Of a DNA stretch of 64,000 bases, positions 11,106-22,510 are shown one piece after another. Below the pieces are notes generated by a model. That model did not search any database. It saw only the letters and a list, made by a program, of their open reading frames with translations, and was not told the origin of the DNA. Within the stretch, counting starts at the first letter, position 1; the number at the start of each line of letters is the position of its first letter. The position numbers and the translations under genes were made by a program. Source of the DNA: Mobula hypostoma (Eukaryota). Where the stretch lies: positions 59,956,001 through 60,020,000 of the forward strand of contig NC_086108.1 of assembly GCF_963921235.1 (NCBI RefSeq), given 5' to 3'.

Positions 11106-13179
11106 AAAATGTCGGCCCAGATCAGCGGTGGTATCTCCTCTGGAGATAGATGTTTCGCGGCAATGTATCAGTCCGCAGCCTGGAGGTTGGGGACCATTGA
11201 TTTATTACTATTAAAATGCCTAAAGATTATTGAAAAGGTGATGATAAGACATGGTCTTGAACTGATATGGACCTTCTGGTGTTAATACCCCAAATTGCTG
11301 TTGGATCGAAGAGTTCCATGATATAGACTTATTCTTCCAAAATGGCAATGGATGAAACCAGATAAGGATTTGGGAGATGCTGTCATATTAGCTTAGCCAT
11401 GTAACTGCAATGCATTCTGTATCTGGTACACATTGTAGCCACTATGCACTGGTGGGGGGAGTGGACAGCTGTTCAGTGTGACAAAATGGAGAATCAAACA
11501 AGCAGGCTGCTTTGAACTGGATAGTGTTGAGTTGCTTGAATGATATTGGAGCTACACTCATCTAGGCAAGTAGAGAGTTCTATCACACACCTGACCAGTA
11601 CTTCCTAGATGATTGAAAGTTGGGCCATGAATCCCTTAGCATAGGAAACCTAATCTCTGACTTGCTCCTGTAGCCATGGTTTTTATGTGGTTCTGCTCAG
11701 TGGTGATCAACGTAAGGACTCAACAGTAGTAATGCCATTGAACATCAAAATAGACGGTTATACACTCTCATATTGGGAATGTGTTTAGCCTGTTTCATAG
11801 TCGTTGTCTATTTCTTTTCTAACTAATTATCAATTCATTCCTGGTCATGCTGCATGCAGTCATGGACTGCTTTATGTGCCGAGGAAGTGTGGATGGAACT
11901 GAGCACGTGTAATCATCAGTCAACATCCCAGCTTGCAACCTTGTGTTAGAAGGATGGTCACTCATGATGGATGAAAATGGATGGGCCAGGACAGGCCCTG
12001 GGGCCATTACGGCAGAGATGTACAGGGGTAGATGATTGATTTCTAACAACCACAAACAACTCCATTTGTACGAATTGTGTCTAGTGGATTAGTTTCTCTT
12101 GATACCAGTTTTACCATATCGTTGACGTCATCTCTGGTTCCATGTTGCCTTTGGTACCAGGAACGGTAAATCTAACCTTCTTTCCGAACTATAGCTCTTT
12201 GATCTACGATGAAACAAGGCACAGAATCTGAAGAGAAGTATTGTGAGGACACTGTTAAATTACAAGAATTGAATCACTCTGGCAAAGGAGTCACAGGTAA
12301 TTTACTTTATGGAGGAGTGTGCAGCAAATTGATTTCCCAGAAGTCTGCAATAGCTCTCTGGAATGAACTTCTGATGTAAAAGTTGAGTTACAGTCCTTTT
12401 TATTGCCATTGGATGTGTGTCTTACTTCAGGGTCTGCCGCAGTGAACAGAGTTCATTCAAAGATTCAAAACCGACGCATAGCCTCTTGTGGCAGAGCTGT
12501 GAAAAAATTTGTTTCGGTCAGTGAATCTTGTTGGACATGTTGTGCTCCGCTACAATGCTCCAGGTTTAATTAGGCTTCTCTTATAGCCTCTTCTTCCAAT
12601 TTTCTGATCGCAGGGACTAGGATTCCCATTGGAAGGTTCGTTCAGATGTGAGCTCCATTATTCTATCAAAATAGTGTGCTGTCCGAGGGTAACACAGATT
12701 GTAGCAGAAGGATCAGCCATATATGAATGAAAATATTTGGATAATAACTTTATCTGTTAAAGAATGTGACCAGAAGGTTCTGCAAGTTACTTCAGCAGAG
12801 TATTTTATTGAATTTGTACTCGCAAACGATAACTATTAAACAGTTTCAAACAATAGTCCCAGAAGTCATAACGCTTGGGGTTGACTGTTCCCTAATTGGT
12901 TGTACATGACCATTTCAAACTGATTAAATGCAATCTCTGCAGGACTTACTTGTACACATAGCACTTAAATTCCACCCAAATTAAATTCCACTTAGTTCAG
13001 TAAATGTGAGCTTTTTTTCCACCCAATCGCCTGCAGTCATTGATGAATGGTTACTCAAAATTAGACAAGGAACTATGGCACTTGCCTCAGTATTCATTAT
13101 CTTAGGGAAAGGAAAATAAACAGCCCGAGGTCATGTTCTTAATTTCTACACAACGATAACTGCTAGAAAATTGGCCTAG

Positions 13180-13488
13180 TGGGCCGGCTGGTGGCGAAAT
13201 GACATCGGCGCTAGACCTGGGAGCGGAAGTTCCCGGGTTCAAGATCAGTCGGGTCGGCTCTGAAGTACGCTTTCCATCCGTGCCGGGTTGAGTGTCGAGA
13301 GCGCAACTTGACCTCGTAAAATAAAAGGGAAGAATACTGTGAAGGTGTCTGTGTGGGGAGTGGTGCACCACACAGTCTCTCTCTTGCTCCGTGCCATGGA
13401 AAAAAGCCATGAAAAAGACATCATCATGGACGTACGCATGGTCGCACAGGTACAGACTCGCACACACGCAGGCACACACCAAAAAAAA
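13180..13488 (+). mobile_element. tRNA-derived SINE with A-tail
   Basis: A-box-like tggcgaaatga and B-box-like ggttcaagatc; CpG-rich body; A9 tail; TSD agaaaattgg(cct/tcc)ag at 13165-13179 and 13489-13503. Confidence 0.75.
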
Positions 13489-13551
13489 AGAAAATTGGTC
13501 CAGAATTTCCTGTTTATCTTGATACTGGACATCAACCCTGATCTATTTTAG

Positions 13552-13932
13552 ACATAAGGCCTTAAGACATAGGAGCAAAATTAGGCCATCTGGCCCATTG
13601 AGTCTGCTCCGTCATTCAATCATTGCTCTGATCCTTTTTTTATGTCCTCCTCAACCCCACTCCCCAGCCTTCTCCCCGTAACTTTTGATCCCATGTCCAA
13701 TCAAGAACCTATCAATCTCTGCCTTAAATACACCCGACCTGGCCTCCACAGCTGCACATAGCAACAAATTCCACAAATTCACCACCTTCTGGCTAAAGAC
13801 ATTTCTCCACATCTCTGGTTTGAATGGATGCCCCTCTATCCTGAGGCTGTGCCCTCTTGTCCTAGACTCTCCCACCATGGGAAACATTCTTTCCACATCT
13901 ACTCTGTCTAGGTCTTTCAACATTCGAAAGAT
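13552..13932 (-). mobile_element. CR1 3' fragment
   Basis: ORF 13651-13923 (SRTRGHSLRI..NVFSQKVVNLWNLL..FKAEIDRFL) plus the CR1 tail. Confidence 0.9.
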
Positions 13933-14339
13933 ATCAATTTTCTAGAATTAGCTGGATCTTCTTCACCAGAAACAGACAATACAGGGCAAATTTATTCAAA
14001 TGAGGTCCAAATGACATAATTTAGAGTCAAATGCAACTTTCATATTATCAGTGTTCACAGTTCTCCTTCTTGAACTTGCCAACAAAACCTGGGTGATATA
14101 GGTTAGATGAAGCCATTTATAGTGTTATGCCTTGTTGCCTCCAATGGTTTACCAGTCTGAAAGACATTTTGATGGGGATTTGTTGTAGCTCTTAGTAAGT
14201 TATTTGGTTTTATAGTGATGGGCAAATTTAAAGCAATAGCCAAAAGATTCAAGGGACTTTAGAAAAATATCATTATATGGTTAATGGCTATGTTCTGGAA
14301 CAATCCACCTGCAAGTATAATGAATACAGAATAAACCAG

Positions 14340-14485
14340 GACTTTCAATAGAGGATTCAATAGGAAGTTGAGCGAAGATAAGTTGCGGGCTGCTGGGAAT
14401 GAATAGGGAATGGGATTGGCTGAATTGTGCTGCGAGGACTCGGCACAGATTCAATTGGCAAAATGGTCTCCTTTTGTACCATAAT
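14340..14485 (+). mobile_element. Old CR1-like 3' end
   Basis: Degenerate 'ggcacagattcaattggcaaaatggtctccttttgtacc' resembles the CR1 3' UTR stem-loop. Confidence 0.45.
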
Positions 14486-17109
14486 GACATGATCATGGAA
14501 TCATTACTTAGAAAGGTAGCATTCGCAAAACTGGTGAATGCCACAAAATTATATTACTAATTCATTCAATCCAGCACAACATGTGGCCTTAAATTGCCCA
14601 GCATGGTCAACCATCTGCAATACCTTTAAATGTCCTTATCAACTTGCTGCCAGGAAGAATTGTCAGTAGGTGCTCCTATAAATCAGCACATCAGTTGTGA
14701 AAAGTTGAAAATGATGTGATTATGACATAATAGGTTTGCACAGGCAGGATCCATCAGAAAAGAGGCCATGGAAATTTATAAAATAACTTTGGTTGAGTGG
14801 AGGGTATGAACTGTTTGTAACTTCATTATTTCATCCAAATCCATCAAGCAATAAACTACTTTAGTAAGACCAAATTAGATTACAATTTAAGTAATGATAC
14901 TGACAGGAAACATTTTATTAATTTGCAGAATGCGTACACAGGTGTAATTTATTTTCTGCAATTAGTATTTGACTGGGTTTGATTAACTTTAGATACCTGA
15001 GACATTGATCAAAATTATTATAGTTGTAACAAAGATTGTATATAACTTATAACTGGAATTTCTGAACAGGATTGTTGATAAAGTGTTTTTTCACTTATTA
15101 CTTAACTTTTTAATTTGTTTTTAGAAAGCAGTAAATTTGAAACTTGTTTATCTCTTTTAAATATTCAAAGCTTATGGTTATTACCATCATATATATTCAT
15201 TTCCACATGCCAATTTCTCAGCATTAATAATGCAGATGTTATCTAACTACTTCTGTACATTAAGTTACTTTCAATTAAAGCTCTCTGTAATAATGCACTA
15301 CTTTAATTGCAAAATTATTTATATTGTAAGGCACTGGGGTCAGGGCATCTAAGTTTTATTACCATGAACACTGTTTTATTATATGGCTTTAAAATGTTGT
15401 GTTGTAAAATACAATCAAATAACACTTTTTTTTTGCATTATGTTATTGGGAATCTTTCTCTCCCAGAGTGAAATGTGATGATGACTATTTCAAAGCTATA
15501 GGCCTTCAAGGACTGACAACTGGCTGAGTGGAACTCCCATAAATACAAGTTGAGTGTAGACTATAAAAGTGTATATTCCAGTCTTCAATATCTGAGGTGC
15601 CAGAGATCAGAAGTATGCTCTCCCCATTAAATCCAGGGAAGGTCAATAAGTTATCACATTCTGGGGTCAGATAACTTTGTAATAACCATAGCTGTTGGTA
15701 TGAACATTTGTTTGAACCTCATTCATTAGCTCACCAAGCTTTATTTAGGTCCATTGTTTGTTTTTATTTATTTCAATGTCTATCTATGTTTTAATTAATG
15801 AAAAGAATCACTCATATTCAGAAATTAACCTATCATTACTTCTTTTTTTATTTAACTACCTTGGAATTTTCTCTTTCTTTTTTTTCATACCGTTAGATTT
15901 GGAAACAGAGAGATGATCTTTGAAAGTATAAACTGTCAGAAGGCCATAGACTGGTCTAGAGATGAGTCCTTGGTTCCCCTTACCTATGGCATGCTCTCTA
16001 CCTGTAGACCACTGCTCATTAGGAAATGGCTACAATGGCACCAGATGCATTAGTGCATACAGCAGCAGGGATGGAATCAGTGGCTGGTGTGAGGCTTGTG
16101 CCAGGACCAGCATATTCTGGGCCATAATATATCAACTTGAAAATATGATTGGGCAGTTAACCTTGTGCTTGAATATTCTTCCCTTGTCAGAGCTCATGAC
16201 TTGATGTCATTCCCAAAACGCACAAGACGTTCTGCCAGACTATTTCCTCATTCTGCACCCGCACCCCACTACTGTACTGAACACCCCCACTGTGCAAACC
16301 CTCTCTCCCTATATTTCTTACTCCTCTCTGACCTTCTAGTATCCCTGGCCCTGATCTCCCAACCTTCCCACATATGCTTCCCTGAGGCCCAGGTCTTAAT
16401 CTTCAAACTTTCTGATATACACGTGTAAATCCTATCTTTGACTTAGATAGCCCAAACCAACTTCATACACATTACTGCTCCAAAATACATCAGGACACCA
16501 CCACCAAAGTGCCACTGTGAAGTGTATAATACCCCTGTGCCTTCATGTGCAATAACCATTCTCTGTTATCATTAGCCTCAGTTCTGTACTTTACTGAATG
16601 CTATTTGGACAAAGAGAATGCAGGTTTAGTCAAAGGTCACTTGCTTTGCATCACTGATGGTTAATTTGAGCACAGCAAAAATCTAGCTGATGTTTGTAGT
16701 CGGCTGATTAAATCAGACCCAACTACTCACGTGTCCGGGAGATGTGGTAATAAGTGTACAGGCACAACAAGTAACTTAACACTAATTTATTGTCATAAAA
16801 TAGCTAGCACAAAAAAAACACTCAAAATACTATGTAGATAGCAAGTCACAAATATTTCTGGGTATGGAATTGTGGGCTATGTCTAGAAATTAAGGACCAA
16901 CAACTTTTTAAATGATCCTTGGCTGCCATTTGCCCTCCTCCGATTTGGCAAATAGGTTACGTTGTTACCCTTCCTTTAGAATCATCTTTTAAGGTTCCAA
17001 AGTTGAAGTCTATATAACATCTTTATTAAGAAACTAGCAAAACAAACAATCTTGAAGCAACAAAAACTAATGTAACTAAAACTAGCAATATAACAAAATA
17101 AACAGTCTT

Positions 17110-17462
17110 AGCGTATTACTTGGGAATCTGGATCTATATACAGGGGAGTGAGTGCGTATTTAGGGATGTGAGGATCAGTTATGGATGCTGTACAAACAAA
17201 TGTCTGCTTCGCTATTAGTAAGGGGACTCCTCGGTCTGTCCCTGTGCTCCTCTCCCAGGTATATGACAACATTTTGGGAATTGATTTGTCAATGGGAACC
17301 TCTATTATGACACCCTTTAGCAAATTTGCTAAAGGGTGGAAATATTCTCGTTGGAGAGGCAAACTGGGAACCTGTCCTTACGCACCTGCCATCACAAATA
17401 GCAATTGCCAAGCAATGTTGGATCCCAAGAGGGCATAAGGAAATCCATGAGACAGTCCATAA
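17110..17462 (+). pseudogene. Class III (ERV-L/ERV-S-like) endogenous retrovirus protease/RT junction relic
   Basis: Frameshifted reading SVLLGNLDLYTGE*VRI / GSVMDAVQTNVCFAISKGTPRSVPVLLSQVYDNILGIDL / NILVGEANWEPVLTHLPSQIAIAKQCWIPRGHKEIHETV. It resembles my recollection of ERV-L pro-pol (IIGIDIL..AIMVGKAKWKP..QKQYRIPGG..EI). Confidence 0.7.
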
Positions 17463-19115
17463 GACCACAAAAGCATAAGGTATAGGAGCAGAATTAAGCC
17501 ATTTGGCCCATCAAGTCTACCCCACCATTTCACCATGGCTGAACCTTACAGTCCAATCTCCTGCCTTCTCTCCATATCCCTTCATGCCCTGATCAATCAA
17601 GATTCTATTAACCTCTGCCTTAAATATACAAAAAGACTTGGCCTCCATAGCTACCTGTGGCAAAGAATTCCATAGATTCACCACTTTCTAGTTAAAGAAA
17701 TTCTACCTCATCTCCGTTCTAAAAGGATGCCCCTTTATTCTGAGGCTGTGTCCTCTGGTCTTAGAATGTCCCATCATAGGAAACACCCTCGCCACATCCA
17801 CGGTATCAAGGCCTTTCAACATTCAATAGATTTCAATGAGGTCACCCCTCATTCTACTGAATTCCAGTGAATACAGGCCCAGAACCATGAAGCGCTCGTC
17901 GTATGACATGCCATTCAATCCTGGAATCATTTTCATGAACCTCCTTTGAACCCTCTCCAGTTTCAGCACATCCTTTCTAAGATAAAGGACCAAAACCTGC
18001 TCACAATACTGTGAGGTCTCACTAGTGCCTTATGAAGTCTGATCGTTGCTTTTATAATCTAGTCCTCTTGAGATGAATGCTAACATTGTATTTGCCTTCC
18101 TCACCACAGACTCAACCTGCAAATTAACCTTTAGGGAATCCTGCACAAAGACTCCCAAATCCCTTTGCACATCAGAGTTTGTATCTTCTCTCTAGTTAGA
18201 AAATGGTCGACACTTTCATTTTTTCTACCAAAGTATACATACAGTACCATATATAACAATATATACCATCTGCCATTTCTTTGCCCATTCTCTAAATCTG
18301 TCCTTCTGTAGCCTCTCTACTTCCTCAAAACTACCTGACCCCCCCAGCTATCATCATATCATCTAAAAACTTTTCAACAAAGCTATCAATTCCATGTCCA
18401 AATCATTGATATATAACGTAAAAAGAATCCGTCTCAACACACACCCCTGTGGAACACCACTCGTCACTGGCAGACAGTCAGAAAAGGCTCCCTTTATTCC
18501 CACTTTCCACCCCCACCCCCCACCAATCAGCCACTGCTTTATCCATGCTAGAATCTTTCCTGTAATACCATGGGCTTGTAGCTTGATAAGCAGCCTCATG
18601 TGTGGCAACTTGTCAAAGGCCTTCGGAAAATCCAACCAATTCAGCATCAACTGATTCTTCTTTGTCTATCCTGCTTGTTACATCTTCAAAGAATTACAAC
18701 AGAATTGTCAGGCAAGGAAATCATGCTGACTACAGCCTATTTTATCATGTGCCTCCAAATACCCTGAGACCTCATCCTTTATAATCGACTCCAACATTTT
18801 CTCAACCACTGAGGTCAGACTAACTGGCCTATGGTTTCCTTTTCCCATCCTCTCTCTTTCTTGAAGAGTGTATTGACATTTGCAATTTTCCAGTCTTCCA
18901 GAACCGTTCCAGAATGAAGTAGTTCTTGAAAGATCATTACTAATGCATCCATAATCACTTCAGCCACCTCTTTCAGAACCTTGGGGTGTACATCATCTGG
19001 TCCAGGTGACTTATCAACCTTCAGAGCTTTGAATTTCCCAAGAAACTATGATAACTTCACACGTCATGACCCCTGACACCTTGAACTTCCACCATACCGC
19101 TAACGTCTTGTGAAA

Positions 19116-20210
19116 TGTCACAACCACAGATTCGGCAGCACGGCAGATACTTTATACTTTATATTTTATTGTTGCCAAACAATTGGTACTGGAACTTACA
19201 ATCATCACAGCGATATTTGATTCTGCGCTTCCCACTCCCTGGATTACAAATATTAAATTAAAAATATTAAAAATAGTAAAAAATAGTAAATATTAAAAAT
19301 TTAAATTATAAATCATAAATAGAAAATAGAAAAATGGAAAGTAAGTTAGTGCAAAAAAACCGAGAGGCAGGTCCGGATATTTGGAGGGTACGGCCCAGAT
19401 CCAGGTCAGGATCCGTTCAGCAGTCTTATCACAGTTGGAAAATCTGGCCGTACGAGTCTTCAAGCTCCTGAGCCTTCTCCCGGAGGGAAGAGGGATGAAA
19501 AGTGTGTTGGCTGGGTGAGTCGTGTCCTTGATTATCCTGGCAGGACTGCTCCAACAGCGTGCGGTGTAAAGTGAGTCCACGGACGGAAGATTGATTTGTG
19601 TGATGTGCTGCGTCATGTTCACGATCTTCTGCAGCTTCTTTTGGTCTTGGACAGGACAACTTCCATACCAGGTTGTGATGCACCCTAGAAGAATGCTTTC
19701 TATGGTGCATCTATAAAAATTAGTGAGGGTTTTAGGGAACAGGCCAAATTTCTTTAGTTTTCTCAGGAAGTAAAGGCACTGTTGGGCCTTCTTGGCAGTG
19801 AACTCTGCTTGGTTGGAACAAGGCAGGTCACTTGTGCTCGCGAATATGCACGTGTCAGCTAATTATTATTATTTCATTGTGATAGCATTTAACTCCATTC
19901 ATTCCGTCATAGTACTTGTCGAGACCTGGACACAGCAACACTTTGCTGCCTACATTCCACCTTGCCTGAGAAATTGGACTGTCGAGTCAACTGACTCTGA
20001 AGACTAGTGGTATTCATTTTATTCTTAGTTGTTCTTCTCAGCCACAGTGTAGGCTTTGTTTTCTATTTGAGAGTTTTAGTTAATGGGCCTGTTTTGGCCT
20101 AGTGTTTATTGTTTTCTTTTCCGTTTAACAATATTTGCATTAAAGTCCGTGAACTATCAACCTACATCAGTGTCTTATTCTGCACTTGGGCCATATCTGA
20201 ACCATGGAGA
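19116..20210 (+). mobile_element. Possible solo LTR inserted in CR1, itself split by Rex1/Babar
   Basis: Starts tgtcacaacc; ATTAAA near 20139; CR1 'tgtgaa' is repeated on both sides; the right terminus is degenerate. Confidence 0.45.
19150..19835 (-). mobile_element. Rex1/Babar-like LINE 3' fragment
   Basis: RT C-terminal signature ..ARIIKDTTHPANTLFIPLPSGRRLRSLKTRTARF (ORF 19293-19622). Confidence 0.75.
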
Positions 20211-20679
20211 TGTGAAGACTGACGCAAAATACTTATTCTTTTCATCTGCTATTTCACTGTAGTCCATTGTTATCTCTCCAGCATCATTTTCCAATATCCA
20301 CTCTCACCTCCCTTTTACACCTTATGTATCTGAAGAAAGTTTTGGTATCCCCTTTAATGTTATTGGCTAGCTTACTTTTGCATTCCATCCGTACCTTCTT
20401 AATGACCTTATTAGTTGCTTCCTGTTGGTATTCTATCTTCCTGCTAATTTTTGCTCTATTATATGTCCTCTCTTTGGCTTTTATGTTGGCTTTGACTTCC
20501 CTTGTTAGCCATGGTTGTGCCATCCTACCTTTAGAATACTGCTTCCTCTTATGTATATAACCTGTACCTTCTGAATTGCTTCCAGAAATTCCAACCATTG
20601 CTGCTCTGCCGCCATCCCTGCCAGTGTTCTTTTCCAATCAATTCTGGCCAACTCCTCTCTCATGCCTCTGTAAGTTCCT

Positions 20680-21209
20680 ATCGTTGTCGTTAGGTCGCAT
20701 CTGGAATTTCCAGTTGGCAGACGATTTCTCTCCACGCCCCTCTGACATATTGGGAAATCATGTTCGTGGCAAGTTACAGCAGTGGTTTGCCTTTGCCTTC
20801 TGCCGGACGAGTTTAAAGGGATCACCATCTCTTGCAGTGGATGACCAGGACGTCTAAGTGCCTTGTCATGCTCTCAGCGCTCCACAACGCCTGCTGGCCT
20901 GCCTTCTTGACCGTTGGGCCATTAATTGATCTCTTCCGCTCAATCTGCCAGGTCCAGTCTTCACATGCTGGGACAGGCAAATTCCCTACTTCACCGAGGG
21001 TCGAAGACCGTCGGCTACCCTCACCTGGTTTGGCCCGTCTGCCGAGACAGTTTACCGGGGTGTGGCTGCTGCGCGTGTTACAGCTACTTGGAGCCACAGG
21101 TGAGAGCTGAGCGCCAGGTGGGGACCAAAGGTGGATGAGCTGCCCTGAAAATGGGCACGGCAGGCTCCTCATCAGAGGTGCTACCCCTCCTTAGACACCC
21201 CACACACCC
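20680..21209 (-). mobile_element. Short non-coding retroposon, probably an RTE-derived non-autonomous element, inserted in CR1
   Basis: GC/CpG-rich ~530 bp interrupts CR1 at 'aattccct' (imperfect duplication). Contains 'cagtggtttgcctttgccttct', resembling RTE/BovB-type end motifs as I recall them. No coherent ORF. Confidence 0.5.
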
Positions 21210-22510
21210 CAAATTCCCTTTACTCCACTGTAATACTGATACATCTGACTTTAGCTTCACCTTCTCAAATTTCTTGGTGAATTCAGTCATATTATGATCA
21301 CTTTTCCTAAAGGGTTCTTCTTCCTTAAGCTGTCTAATCAATTCTGGTTCATTGCACAACACCCAGACCAGAATAGCTGATCCTCTAGTTCGTTCAAGCA
21401 CGAGCTGCTCTAAAAAGCCAACTCATAGGCACTATAGAAATTCCCCCTCCTGTGATCCAGCACCAACCTGATTTTCCCAACCTACCTGCATATCGAAGTC
21501 CCCTATGTCTATTTTGACATTGCCCTTTTGGCATGCCTTTTCCATCTTTCATTGTAATTTTTAGGCCACATCATTACTACTGCTTGGGTCTTTATACAAC
21601 TCCCACCAGGGTCTTTTTACCCTTGCAGTTCCTTAGCTCTGTGCACAATAATTCAATACCTTCCAGCCCTTTGTCACCTCTTTCTAATGATTTAATTCCA
21701 TTTTCTACCAAAGGAGCAACACTGCTACCTCTGCCTCCCTGCCCATCCTTTCGATACGATATGTATCCTTGAACATTAAGCTCCCAGCTATACACTTTCA
21801 ACCATGATTCAGTGATGCCTACCACATCATACCTGCCAATCTGTAACTGTGCTGTAAGTTCTTCTGCCTTATTTCGTATACTGTGCATATTCAGATACAA
21901 TACCTTCAGACCTGCATTCACCTTTATCGTTTTTGTCCACTCATCCTGTTGACTGCAATTTTTCCCTATCAACAGCCTCTCCTCACTATATATTGCGTCT
22001 GTTTGCAAACCAGCTATCTCATCTTCGACACTATTATACACCTTTCATACAATACTTCTTGCATTGAGATATACGCAGCTCAGGATACTCCTCCTGACAC
22101 TAGATATACAGTAGATTTCAAACAACAATGGACCCAGCACCAATCTCTGTGGCGCTCCGCTACTCACAGGCCTCCAGTCAAAGAGGCAACCATCTACTGC
22201 CACTGGCTTTTCCCACAGTTCTAACTTACCACTTGATTGTTGCTATAGGGGTAACTTCAATGTCCTACTCGCTTGTGAATCCATCTCTCGGTCCCAGCAC
22301 TGACCACAATCCTGGTCCAGGGTGAAGTCCAAAGAAAGCTCAAAAAGCAGAGCAATATATACCCAAGTATTACAAGCGTGGAGACAGACAAACTCTTTGA
22401 TCTTTTGCTTTCATGCCAATAACGCAGCCTGCTTTTTTTTGTCAAAACACATGTGTTCTTTAACACAGCTTTCAGTGTACCCTTATAAATCAATTTGACA
22501 TGTTAGTGGC

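Larger units (their letters stand above)
10369..11199. mobile_element. Non-autonomous hAT (Charlie-like) element with nested insertions
   Basis: TIRs cagtggtccccaacctcc / ggaggttggggaccattg; exact 8-bp TSD atttatta at 10361-10368 and 11200-11207. Confidence 0.88.
17457..22215 (-). mobile_element. Decayed CR1 LINE (3' tail to endonuclease), with nested insertions
   Basis: LDFPKAFDKLPH, VTSGVPQG, YINDL, KSDHNMTEF, LYLNMHSIRNK..VVGITESWL; 3' tail at ~17457. Extra CR1 scraps at ~22030-22215. Confidence 0.88.

Noticed and set aside
11210..12260. Very old LINE-like remnant
   Set aside because: Some motifs look LINE-like, but I could not recover a diagnostic peptide, so it is not called.
16871..22217. 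TGTGGG...CCCACA as termini of one LTR element
   Set aside because: No matching TSD, and the right-hand cccaca belongs to a CR1 fragment.
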